A DNA stretch of 64,000 bases from positions 981 through 64,980 of the forward strand of contig BTRG01000004.1 of the NCBI GenBank assembly GCA_036986275.1, read 5' to 3'. Of the stretch, positions 36,835 through 47,000 are shown in pieces (position 1 is the first letter of the stretch; each line of letters opens with the position of its first letter). Below the pieces are notes generated by a model. It was not told the origin of the DNA. It saw only the letters and a list, made by a program, of their open reading frames with translations, and made no database searches. Both the position numbers and the translations under genes were made by a program. The DNA comes from Gammaproteobacteria bacterium. Its GTDB lineage: Bacteria; Pseudomonadota; Gammaproteobacteria; Acidiferrobacterales; SZUA-150.

Positions 36835-37799
36835 ATATTACCCGGCATATTTCCCAGCCCACCCTAAGCGCCAATGATGTTTATGACGCGCAAAAGAAAT
36901 TATTAAAACTGCAATGGATTGCCGGTATACAGGGCCGAGATCATCTACTGGAAACCACGAATGCACGTTTTCCGGGCCTGGCGCTGGTAGGACATCTAAA
37001 CTTCATTCATCCCAATCGCGCGCAAGTACTTGGGGAACGGGAGCTTAACTATCTCAATTCACTGACGACAGAGGAACGCACAAGTACAATCAACACCCTC
37101 TTCACTTGCCCGGAAACAGCAATCATTATTATTGCTGTAGCGGATTATCCCGATGAACTGGTACAGGCAGCCAATACATACACTGTGCCCCTGTTTCATT
37201 CATCTCGATCCAGCCCTGTCATTATCGAACACCTGCAGTATTATCTTACCCGGGCCCTGGCACCGCGACTGACGGTGCATGGTGTTTATATGGAAGTAAT
37301 GGGCATGGGAGTGCTCATCACGGGTGAGAGTGGAATCGGCAAAAGTGAATTGGCTTTGGAGTTATTGAGCCGTAATCACAGACTGATTGCAGATGATGCC
37401 GTGGAATTTATGCGTGTTGGCCCTGATGTGCTTGTCGGCCAATGCCCTGAAGCCCTGACAGACTATCTGGAAGTTCGTGGTCTAAGTATTATTAATGTCA
37501 GAAATATGTTTGGTGAAACTGCTATTCGACATAAAAAGAAACTACACCTGATTGTTACACTCAGGCAATTACAGCAATCCGATCAAGGAAAGATTGATCG
37601 TTTGCAGGCCGAGCAATTAACCCGCAACATACTTGATGTCGACATACCTGAAGTAATTTTATATGTCGCACCAGGACGAAATCTCGGAATCCTGGTGGAA
37701 ACCGCGACACGTTCATATATATTACGCATGCGTGGTATCGACACATTAGATGAATTCTCCAACCGCCAACAACAATTAATCAACCAGCAACCTAAATGA
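36831..37799 (+). CDS. hprK: HPr(Ser) kinase/phosphorylase
   Basis: P-loop GESGIGKSE, then LIADD and EVRGLSIINV. GTG start overlapping the ptsN TGA (GTGA). Confidence 0.9.
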   Translation: MNITRHISQPTLSANDVYDAQKKLLKLQWIAGIQGRDHLLETTNARFPGLALVGHLNFIHPNRAQVLGERELNYLNSLTTEERTSTINTLFTCPETAIIIIAVADYPDELVQAANTYTVPLFHSSRSSPVIIEHLQYYLTRALAPRLTVHGVYMEVMGMGVLITGESGIGKSELALELLSRNHRLIADDAVEFMRVGPDVLVGQCPEALTDYLEVRGLSIINVRNMFGETAIRHKKKLHLIVTLRQLQQSDQGKIDRLQAEQLTRNILDVDIPEVILYVAPGRNLGILVETATRSYILRMRGIDTLDEFSNRQQQLINQQPK

Positions 37800-38656
37800 A
37801 TCTTATTATAGTCAGCGGTCTGTCCGGGTCTGGAAAAACCATTGCCCTGCAGGCCCTGGAAGATGCAGGCTATTATTGCATAGACAACCTTCCAGCCGCC
37901 TTGCTTCCACATGTCGTTTCACAAATAGAATCCGCCGAGTCATCAGAAGATGAAGAACCGGCAACCGCGGTTGGCGTGGACATTCGCAACCGTTTGTTTC
38001 TCGATGCCTTGCCCACGACACTGAAACAACTGAAAACAGAGGGTATACCATACCGCATCATATTCCTGGAGGCTGACGATACGGTACTGGTTAAACGTTA
38101 CAAGGAGTCTCGTCGTCGGCATCCGATGATGGACGCGAACACTTCCTTACTGGAAGGCATAGGGTTGGAACGCAAAAGCCTGGGGCCTCTCTCCGTCAAT
38201 GCATCACTGCGTATTGACACCACGCACACCACTCCACAGGTATTGAGAAATAAAATCCTGGATTTTATTAACGTCGGCATTGATACCGAGATCACACTAC
38301 ATTTTGAATCCTTCGGCTTCAAGCACGGCACACCTATTGATGCCGATTATGTATTTGATGTACGTTGTCTACCCAATCCGTACTGGCAACCGGAGCTTAG
38401 ACAATACACAGGTAAAGATGATGCCATTATTTCTTTCATGCAATCACACGAACAGGTAGCAATCATGGCCACGGATATTGAAAATTTCCTGCGACGCTGG
38501 ACAGATGCCTTTATCAATAGCCAAAGAAACTACATTACTATAGCCATAGGCTGCACAGGCGGGCAGCACAGATCGGTATACCTGGCAGAGCTGCTTGGGC
38601 AACGCTTGCAGGGCAAGGGTATCGTTACACAGGTCCGCCATCGGGAATTACCATGA
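37796..38656 (+). CDS. rapZ: RNase adapter protein RapZ (YhbJ)
   Basis: IVSGLSGSGKT.AL.ALED.GY.C.DNLP and the C-terminal IGCTGGQHRSV. Confidence 0.94.
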   Translation: MNLIIVSGLSGSGKTIALQALEDAGYYCIDNLPAALLPHVVSQIESAESSEDEEPATAVGVDIRNRLFLDALPTTLKQLKTEGIPYRIIFLEADDTVLVKRYKESRRRHPMMDANTSLLEGIGLERKSLGPLSVNASLRIDTTHTTPQVLRNKILDFINVGIDTEITLHFESFGFKHGTPIDADYVFDVRCLPNPYWQPELRQYTGKDDAIISFMQSHEQVAIMATDIENFLRRWTDAFINSQRNYITIAIGCTGGQHRSVYLAELLGQRLQGKGIVTQVRHRELP

Positions 38657-39036
38657 CAACGTTACTCATCGTTGCCTATGAGGGCCTGGGGACCGCTCTG
38701 GAAGCAGCGGCTAACAACATCCTGGGGCAACACCCAAGGCAACTTTTTGTTATAGATGCCGGCTTTAATGAGCCACCGGAACAATTACAAAAGCGCGTTG
38801 GCGATACACTCTCGAAGATTTCCGACAAGGATGGAATTCTAATTCTTACGGATATATATGGATCTACACATGCCAATGTTGTCCAGAATATGGCGCAAGA
38901 CGATATTCAGGTTATCTCGGGAGTTAACCTGCCCATGCTTTTGCGCGCCTGTAACTACTGTCATCTACCTCTGGCAGAGCTTACAGATAAGGCTATAACA
39001 GGTGGTTGCGAAGGCATACGTAGCGGACCAGATTGA
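38653..39036 (+). CDS. PTS EIIA(Man)-family protein (127 aa), apparently lacking the canonical phospho-His
   Basis: Aligns by eye to ManX IIA (..DIYGS.., VISGVNLPMLL). The N-terminal GTHG position reads AYEG. Confidence 0.75.
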   Translation: MTTLLIVAYEGLGTALEAAANNILGQHPRQLFVIDAGFNEPPEQLQKRVGDTLSKISDKDGILILTDIYGSTHANVVQNMAQDDIQVISGVNLPMLLRACNYCHLPLAELTDKAITGGCEGIRSGPD

Positions 39037-39054
39037 TTCCTTGAAACAATCAAA

Positions 39055-39324
39055 ATGAATTGCGTGGAAATAGAAATCGTCAACAAACTGGGCCTGCATG
39101 CCAGGGCTTCCGCCATGTTTGTCACCCTGGCATCCAGCTTTAACTCGGAGCTTACTCTTGCTCTCAATGGCCAATGCGTTAACGCCAAAAGCATCATGGG
39201 CATTATGATGCTGGCTGCCCCACTGGGGTCCAGACTGGAATTGTGCGCGAAAGGACAGGATGAACATCAAGCAGTGATAGAACTTAGCAAACTAGTGAAC
39301 AATCGATTTGGTGAACCTGAATAA
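39055..39324 (+). CDS. ptsH: Phosphocarrier protein HPr/NPr
   Basis: N.LGLHARASA (His-15 context) and NAKSIMGIMML (Ser-46 context). 89 aa. Confidence 0.92.
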   Translation: MNCVEIEIVNKLGLHARASAMFVTLASSFNSELTLALNGQCVNAKSIMGIMMLAAPLGSRLELCAKGQDEHQAVIELSKLVNNRFGEPE

Positions 39325-41063
39325 TGCTTGCATTGTACGGTACAGGAGTTAGCAGTGGCATCAGCATAGGCAAGGCCTATGTCATCTACCGGGATGATAT
39401 GGACACCCCGGAATATGTATTACCCAGGGGTTTGCTGGACGAAGAGATTGGTCGTTTTTTACGGGCACTGGACAAAACCAGAACCCAGTTGCATGACGTC
39501 AAAACCCATATCCCTTCCAGCGCCCCACAGGAAACCGGTAGTTTTATCGATACACATCTTCTGATTCTGGATGACGCCATGATATCCAGTGCGCCGATAG
39601 GAACCATCAGGAATACGCAATGCAATGCGGAGTGGGCACTCAAACAACATGCCGATCTGCTGGCGGCAAAATTTGACCAGATAAAAGATCCATACATAAG
39701 AAGTAAAAAAACTGACATTCGTCAGGTTGTCGATCGCATACAGCGAAACTTGCTGGGACAGCCAGAAGAAGCGCACCATGACATCCCTTCAGGACATATT
39801 GTCGTGGCAAATGACCTGACACCCGCGGATACAGTCATGCTCAAACATAATCGTATCCGTGGTTTTATTACCAATCTGGGTGGACCGATCTCGCATACCT
39901 CCATCCTTGCCCGCAGCCTGCAAATTCCAGCCATTGTCTCGGTCCACAATGCCACACGCTATATCGAGAATGGCGAAGAAATCATCATTGATGGCAAGCG
40001 TGGTAGCGTACTGATAAAACCTGAGCAGATAGTTCTCAGCGAATATCGCAAACGACGACGCCTCATCAAGGAATCCCACCTGGAACTGGAACGCCTGCGT
40101 CAAAGCCGGGCAGTCACGCAAGACAAGAAACCAATCAAACTGCAAGCCAATATTGAATTACCGGCTGACGTCAAAGGTGCTATACATTCCTCTGCCTCAG
40201 GCATAGGCCTTTACCGTACGGAGTTTCTGTATATGAACCGTACAGATCCACCAGGGGAGGAAGAGCAATTCCGGGCCTATGTCAAAGTCATCAAGGCATT
40301 AAACGGAAAACCCGTTACCATACGCACATTGGACCTGGGTGCAGACAAACAGGTCGATGGCGGTCACAGCGATTCCGTCGTTCCCGCCAATCCTGCACTG
40401 GGACTGCGGGCAGTGCGTTTGTGCCTGCAGTCTATTGATCTTTTCAAACCACAACTGCGGGCTATTCTGCGCGCCTCGGCGTATGGCAAGGTCCGCATCA
40501 TGATTCCCATGATCTCCTGCATGGATGAAGTGTATCGTGTCATGGATTTAATAGAGGAAACCAAGCTCGAACTGACGAGGAAAAAGCAAAAATTTAACCG
40601 TCGTGTAGCGGTTGGCGTGATGATTGAAGTGCCAGCCGCCGCCATTGCTGCTGATCTGTTTGCCCCACATCTGGATTTTCTGTCTATTGGTACTAATGAT
40701 CTCATCCAGTACACACTGGCCATCGATCGTGTAAATGATGCTGTCAATTACCTCTATGACCCATTACATCCCTCTATATTACGCTTAATCGCTATGACAA
40801 TAGATGCAGCTAAAGCGGCTGGCATCCCTGTCAGTATGTGCGGTGAAATGGCCGGCGATATACGTTATACACGCCTGCTGTTAGGTATGGGGCTTGATGA
40901 ACTGAGCATGCATCCCGCTACCCTGCTGGCAGTGAAAAAGATTGTGCGTAATAGCGATACCGGCAAACTAAAACGATTCGCCGGCAAAGTATTAAAAACA
41001 CGCGACGTGCATGAGTTGCACGGTCTGGTGGATGACTACAACGAAAAACTCGATAAGGTCTAG
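39324..41063 (+). CDS. ptsI: Phosphoenolpyruvate-protein phosphotransferase (Enzyme I, no GAF domain)
   Basis: GGPISHTSILARSL (phospho-His), GLYRTEFLY and SIGTNDL.QY. TAATG overlap with the HPr gene. Confidence 0.94.
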   Translation: MLALYGTGVSSGISIGKAYVIYRDDMDTPEYVLPRGLLDEEIGRFLRALDKTRTQLHDVKTHIPSSAPQETGSFIDTHLLILDDAMISSAPIGTIRNTQCNAEWALKQHADLLAAKFDQIKDPYIRSKKTDIRQVVDRIQRNLLGQPEEAHHDIPSGHIVVANDLTPADTVMLKHNRIRGFITNLGGPISHTSILARSLQIPAIVSVHNATRYIENGEEIIIDGKRGSVLIKPEQIVLSEYRKRRRLIKESHLELERLRQSRAVTQDKKPIKLQANIELPADVKGAIHSSASGIGLYRTEFLYMNRTDPPGEEEQFRAYVKVIKALNGKPVTIRTLDLGADKQVDGGHSDSVVPANPALGLRAVRLCLQSIDLFKPQLRAILRASAYGKVRIMIPMISCMDEVYRVMDLIEETKLELTRKKQKFNRRVAVGVMIEVPAAAIAADLFAPHLDFLSIGTNDLIQYTLAIDRVNDAVNYLYDPLHPSILRLIAMTIDAAKAAGIPVSMCGEMAGDIRYTRLLLGMGLDELSMHPATLLAVKKIVRNSDTGKLKRFAGKVLKTRDVHELHGLVDDYNEKLDKV

Positions 41064-41098
41064 CTATGATAAGATCTAGCTATACAGATGCAATCAGG

Positions 41099-41509
41099 CT
41101 AGTTTAACCCGGGTCCTCGATTGGGCAGGAAGGGACCCATGTTCCGCAGGGCCTGCTCGCTATAGGTGAATGTGGGTCTGGATCGTTCGGAAGTGATTGC
41201 CACCAAACCCTTCTTGTATTTCAACTTGTTCAGAGAAAACCCTTCCGCAACACGAGGCTCAAAGGTCTCTTTTAACAGCGAAATAGCGGTGATTTTCCTG
41301 ATACGAAACGGGCGCCAGAAAGGGGGTGGGCGACCGGCAGCGGAATATCCTCGAGTCTGATAGGCATCACAGACGATCTCACTACGCCCATGGGTATAGA
41401 TGGCATGGGGCTCCAGTATTCGTATCTCGCGCTGATCGCGATAGCGTATAGCCACGCAACGCCGTTGTTTAACGGCGGTTACCAGCAATTTAATAATATT
41501 TTGCAGCAT
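41099..41509 (-). CDS. Small stand-alone WYL-like domain protein (136 aa)
   Basis: V.IRYRD..EIRILEPHAIY.....EIVCDAYQ.......RPFRIRKI.....L.E.F.PR fits the WYL-domain pattern (R.v.P..l......yl.a........FR.drI). Tentative. Confidence 0.45.
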   Translation of the reverse strand: MLQNIIKLLVTAVKQRRCVAIRYRDQREIRILEPHAIYTHGRSEIVCDAYQTRGYSAAGRPPPFWRPFRIRKITAISLLKETFEPRVAEGFSLNKLKYKKGLVAITSERSRPTFTYSEQALRNMGPFLPNRGPGLN

Positions 41510-41658
41510 CTGCCTGTATCCTGAGTTCGCATACTGCCTCTAGCCCAATCATGGCATATTCGGCTTTTCCTTGTACAAAACCTGCCGACAAACGGTCCAG
41601 TTTATCCCGCGACCGGCCTGTCTAGCGTCTCTCGATTGCCGGTATCAGTCAAGCCCGG

Positions 41659-43014
41659 TTATAACAAAAGCAAGGCCGCCAGGCCAAGAAAGGACAGAAA
41701 GCCGACAACATCCGTAACGGTTGTCAGCGCCACACCACTCGCCAACGCCGGATCGATACCCAGTTTTCTCACTGCGATAGGAATTAATACTCCGGACAGG
41801 GCCGCGACTACCAGATTCATCATCATGGCCATAGCAATCACCACGCCCAGCATGGGCATCTGGTACCAGGCGACTGCTATCACCCCCACCACCAGTGCCC
41901 AAATAAAACTGTTTAGGACACTGATTAGCAATTCATTAATGAGTACCCGCCGCATATTACTGTCTGTAATAGTACCCAAAGCAAGTCCACGTATCACCAG
42001 GGTCACTGTTTGTGTACCGGCATTGCCCCCCATACTGGCGACTATGGGCATTAACACCGCCAGGGCGACAATCTTCTCTATGGTGGCTTCAAACTGACCA
42101 ATTACCCAGGACGCCAACAAGGCCGTTGCCAGGTTCACTCCCAGCCAGACAGCACGATTACGAGTGCTACGTGCCACGGGAGCAAACAAATCCTCGTCTT
42201 CGCGCAATCCCGCGGGGGCCAGCACAGAATGATCGGCTTCTTCCCGTATCACATCCACCACATCATCTACCGTGATGCGGCCTAATACCCGATTGGCATC
42301 ATCGACAACGGGGGCAGTAATCAGGTTATAACGTTCGAACGCCGCTGCCACCTCTTTATCCGGTGTCAGCACATCAAATTTAATCGGCTCATGTTCCATC
42401 ACATCACTGACACGCTGCTCGGGCTCTAGTGTTAACAACTTGGCCACTTGCAATGTCCCGGCCAGCTGACCGGAACGATCCGATACAAATAACTCGTTGG
42501 TATCGGGTGGCAACTCGCCCAGGCGACGCAAGTAACGCAATACCACTTCCAGACTGACATCATCACGCACCGTAGTGGTATCCACATTCATCAAACCACC
42601 CGCGGTGTCCTCGGGATAGGCCAGCAGGGTGTCCAGGCGCTGACGTTCCTGCAAGTCCATGGCAAAAAGGATGCGCGAAACCACTTCATCAGACAGTAAA
42701 GGCAACAGGTCAGCGATGTCATCGGGATCAAGTGCGCGAGTGGCCACAATCAGGGCATCATCTTGCAGCCATTGCACAAGGTCCGCGCGCAGAGTCTCGG
42801 GCACTTCCACCAGGACCTGGCCCATTAATTCGGGGTCCAGATGGGCACAAACCCTGCGGCGTTGCTCAGGCGGAATGGCCTCCAGCACATCACCGATATC
42901 CGCGGGATGCAGTTCATGAAGAATTCGACGCAACTGCTCCTCGACACCCGGTTGCTCGGTACCAAGCAGGTTGTGAAGATCTTCGGTATGCCGTGGATTG
43001 CTCTGCTGTTTCAT
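41659..43014 (-). CDS. mgtE: Magnesium transporter MgtE
   Basis: MgtE N-domain, CBS pair, and C-terminal 5-TM domain with GNAGTQ and PA..S.P.ITT.TD-type motifs (GGNAGTQTVT, ASGVALTTVTDVVGF). Confidence 0.94.
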   Translation of the reverse strand: MKQQSNPRHTEDLHNLLGTEQPGVEEQLRRILHELHPADIGDVLEAIPPEQRRRVCAHLDPELMGQVLVEVPETLRADLVQWLQDDALIVATRALDPDDIADLLPLLSDEVVSRILFAMDLQERQRLDTLLAYPEDTAGGLMNVDTTTVRDDVSLEVVLRYLRRLGELPPDTNELFVSDRSGQLAGTLQVAKLLTLEPEQRVSDVMEHEPIKFDVLTPDKEVAAAFERYNLITAPVVDDANRVLGRITVDDVVDVIREEADHSVLAPAGLREDEDLFAPVARSTRNRAVWLGVNLATALLASWVIGQFEATIEKIVALAVLMPIVASMGGNAGTQTVTLVIRGLALGTITDSNMRRVLINELLISVLNSFIWALVVGVIAVAWYQMPMLGVVIAMAMMMNLVVAALSGVLIPIAVRKLGIDPALASGVALTTVTDVVGFLSFLGLAALLLL

Positions 43015-43080
43015 TGATCTGCACCTGTACTGACCGGGTTACCTACAACCCGGCCCAGTACTAAACATCACTCCACAATA

Positions 43081-43890
43081 TCAGACTTTCAATTTTCGGT
43101 GGTGAATGCTGGGAAGACTGCTCCTGACCGTCTGTAACCGTTTTTGATCCAGATCCGCCAGCACATAACCTGACCCTCGCGGTAACCTGTCCAGCACTTC
43201 AGCCCATGGATTTACGATCATGCTATCACCATGTGTCTCGCGACCATTCACATGATAACCACCCTGTCCCGGTGCAATGATATAGACAAGATTTTCTACT
43301 GCTCGAGCCCGGACCAATACTTCCCAATGGGCCTTACCTGTCATCTCGGTAAAGGCGGAAGGCACAGTAAACAACTCCGCTCCCTGATCCAGCATACGCC
43401 TGAACAATTCCGGGAAGCGCAAGTCATAACACACAGCCATCCCCAACCGCCCGAACGGGGTATCAATCACAACAATATCTGAGCCGGGCTCAAAGGCGCT
43501 GGATTCTTCATACTTCTCACCATTCTCCAGCTCAACATCAAATAAATGCAGTTTGTCATAACGTGCCACACACACTCCGGCATCGTTGTACAATAAGCTG
43601 GCAGCCCGTACGCGTTGTTTGCTTTCTGCCGTCAGGGGAATTGTGCCACCTACCAACCACACTCCACGATCTTTAGCCTGTGTCGCCAGAAAATCCTGGA
43701 TAGGACCGGTGCCTGCGGGCTCGGCCGCCGCCAATCTGTCTGACTCCTTAATCGGCATTAAAGCGAAATTCTCTGGCAGCACAATCAGTTGCGCACCCGC
43801 CTCAGCCGCCTGAGCAATCAGACGGCCGGCCTCGATCAGATTTGCACCCACATTGGGGCCAGAAGCCATTTGTATACCTGCTACTAACAT
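43081..43890 (-). CDS. Carbon-nitrogen hydrolase family protein (Nit/YafV-like)
   Basis: Catalytic E-K-C triad contexts LIVLPENF, RYDKLHLF and MAVCYDLRFPE. Confidence 0.88.
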   Translation of the reverse strand: MLVAGIQMASGPNVGANLIEAGRLIAQAAEAGAQLIVLPENFALMPIKESDRLAAAEPAGTGPIQDFLATQAKDRGVWLVGGTIPLTAESKQRVRAASLLYNDAGVCVARYDKLHLFDVELENGEKYEESSAFEPGSDIVVIDTPFGRLGMAVCYDLRFPELFRRMLDQGAELFTVPSAFTEMTGKAHWEVLVRARAVENLVYIIAPGQGGYHVNGRETHGDSMIVNPWAEVLDRLPRGSGYVLADLDQKRLQTVRSSLPSIHHRKLKV

Positions 43891-44047
43891 ACTGTCCCCT
43901 GTTCTCCGTCGTTGATTGAGCTTAGAAAGCTCTGATAAATCCAGGGCTTCCCTTAGTGAATTACATCAACCATGCGATACAGATTACCAGATTTCCGCTG
44001 GTAGACGATATCTTGTGTTGTTTGTTCCCCGGACAGCCACTCTGGCC

Positions 44048-47000
44048 TCACTCTTCCTGCTCTTCCTCAAGTGCTTCCGGTAAGACAGGCGAGCCCAACC
44101 GCTCTACCTGTGGCTCATCCCAGGAACCCTTGATCGAATAATTGATCCGTGGGCCTTCAACCAGCTTGGTATTAAAAATATTTTTCAGCAATAATATTGC
44201 CGCACCCACTTGCGGTGCACCCAAACCACCTATGGTCAGCGCCAATGTATCAGTAAGGCTGGGATTCACCCCTACAACCAGATCATAATCCTCATCAGCA
44301 ATGCCAATACGGCCACTCACATGCAAATCCGCACTGGCGCCCTTGATCTTCATATTATGTGTTCGTGCCACACCTTGTTCAATCTTGAAACTGGACTTCA
44401 TGCTATCGTAAATAAAACCCTTACCAAACACGGAAGCAAAATCCAGCCGTAGCAACTTTCCAAGAGCACTTAAATTAAAAATACCCAACAATCTCCCGGC
44501 ACCCGGTTCCAGTTGCAAAAAGCGCCCGTTTTTAGAAGACAGCTTTAAATTGCCGTTAACATTTTCCTTGCTGAACTGTTTCGCGTTCCTCCAAAACAAC
44601 CTGGTTTCAACCTTAGTAGCCCCTTCCCTGATCTGGTCAGGGTAACCCAATCGGGCCAAGGTGCTGCCAAAATCGGTACTGTCGAATAATATGTTTATTT
44701 CCGCATTGTGCTTGTCAGCTATCCGTGTCCATAGTCCTGATGCGAAGATCTGATATTCCGGGGCTTTCAAAGTCAGTTGTGACAGGCGCGAACCCAGGGG
44801 CAGGCGATCGCTTGCCATATGCAACTCCCCCAGTGGCCAACGACCATATTCAAACTGTTTAGCCTTGATCTCAAGCTCAGGAAATTTTCTTGGGTCTGCC
44901 AAACCATCGGCGTCACGGAACGTATCGTCTGGTACACGAAAATGATCCAACTCTAATTGTACTTTCTTTACCGGCGTGCGTAATGACAACTTTATATCAC
45001 CCGAAACCGCCTTGCCATGCAGCTTGCCGGACCAATGATCACCCTGACGATACAAATTTGTTGTAATAGCACCAAAACGCCGATTCAGCATATCGGTGTT
45101 TTCAAATTGGCCATGCATATGCGTAATAATATCGGGTAGCCCAGCTTGCTCACTCTTGCTACGCTCTATGGTGTCGCTCCAGGTATCCAGATCGATATTC
45201 TGGCTATAGGCTCGCAACCCTATGCCGGGAAGATAGGGGTTCACCGCATCCTGTCCACCAATAGCTACTTCCGCGGCATAAAAACGCCAGTAACCATTCT
45301 CCTGCTTCAGCTTAATCAGACTATTCAAGGTCGAGCCCAGGCGTGCTTCGATTAAATGCTCTTCCGGATTAACGAATACTGTCTTCAAATAAAAACCGGC
45401 GCCTTCTCCCTTTGTCTTACGTAGTGGCGGCGGGAAATTTATTTCCATGGCCTTGGTATTGGCTTCGATATCAATATATAAACCCTGTGAACCATAACGC
45501 AAGCGCCCCCCCCATACACCCGAACCCCGTAGATATGGAGACATCCATTCTCCAAATCCCGCCGACAATCCCGCTGCGGTCCAGTTACCTTCGATTCCAA
45601 AATGCAGAGCTGATTCTTTTCGAGCCAGGGTAAGTACTGTCGGCCCACCCAGCAACTCTCCCGTAAGGTTTCCTGACACTGGACCGGCCTGATCAAATCG
45701 TACAGCACCTACAAGGTTCTTTGCTTTTAGATCAAAAAAGGGCAAGTCTATGCTGGCATTAGTAGTACGATATTCGCCTTTCATGGTCATAGGGCCGTCT
45801 GCACCCAGGGGGAGATTAATTGCCAAACTCAAACTCCCCTGACCTCTACCTGTAACCTCCGGTGTTAACAATTGCGCCCACTTGGGATCATCCCTGACCA
45901 TGTGTGAGTCGCGCAGTACGGTAAATGCATCATCCAGAGAACCGCTTGCCTCGCCAGTGATTAACAGGCGACGTTCTTTTTTAATCCGTAGATTCGGGCC
46001 ATGGACCACAACATTACTAATATCCAGCCCACCCAATTTGCCACGATGCCCGGTAATTAAGAGTTCGCTACCGTGATTCATTATCGTCATATCGAGATCG
46101 GTAATCGGCGCCCAACCAGGTAAATAATCCAGAACACCATGTTCAAGATGGCCAACGACTTTAAAAATCCCCTTGCCATTATCAAAAGGAAAATCTTTCA
46201 GTGCGCCCTCGAAAACAGCATAGCCGGATGTGACATGACCACCCTTAATGGACCGGTCCATCCATGCCAGGAGATCTGGATGTATGATATTAACCGGGAA
46301 ATATTGTTGTGCATGACTTCCATTGCCATCACGGAAGGATAATTTCAGGCTTAATCTTGGTGACTGTGACGTATCCGTGGGAATAATAAACTTGAAATCA
46401 CCTTCTACGTTTGCATCATTGGCAAAAACCTTTAGTTCCTGACCCGAGATAGCAATGTTCTCTTTACCGAGTTGCCAATCAATATTGCCAGTAATACGCC
46501 TGGATACTATAGGTTTGCGAAACATATAAGGAAGGTCGACTTCAGTCAGTCGGTTATCAAGTTTTAATATTCCGCCATCGCGATCTACGCTGACATGACC
46601 ACTCAATCCCTTCACACCAGGAAACTTCCTGTATGCTACTGTATTGATAGACGCCAGGTCTGCCTCGATAGAATAATCTTCAGGCGCCAGTATATCGCCT
46701 ACAAAATCAACACGTAGATTACGTACCGTTCCACCAGGTTTGATATGAGCCAATTGCTTAAGATAGGGCGAATCAATTTTTAAGCTATTCACAAAAGCCA
46801 GCAAATCATCCAGGTCGGCCCGATTAAGAGTCAGGGATGAGGCATTAGGCTGAAACTCAATATGCAATCGACCTGCATCCCATGCAGACCCTTTCAGGCC
46901 GACATTCAAAGATCGCATATCCAGCCGCCAATTGTCGCCCAGCAACTGAAATTTGATATCAGAGTGTAGCATTTTTATTTTAATCGGAACAGCGATACTG

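Noticed and set aside
41636-42097. 153-aa plus-strand ORF antisense to the mgtE 3' end, and possible M-box upstream of mgtE (43015-43080)
   Set aside because: The ORF is a shadow frame. The 66-nt mgtE upstream gap is far too short for an M-box (~160 nt). It contains only a 7-bp hairpin, which more likely terminates or stabilises the upstream Nit hydrolase transcript.
45506-45513. C8 homopolymer inside yhdP
   Set aside because: It is in frame and encodes the Gly-Gly of ..VWGGRLRYG.. in an intact 1283-aa ORF. Nothing suggests phase variation of a conserved envelope gene.
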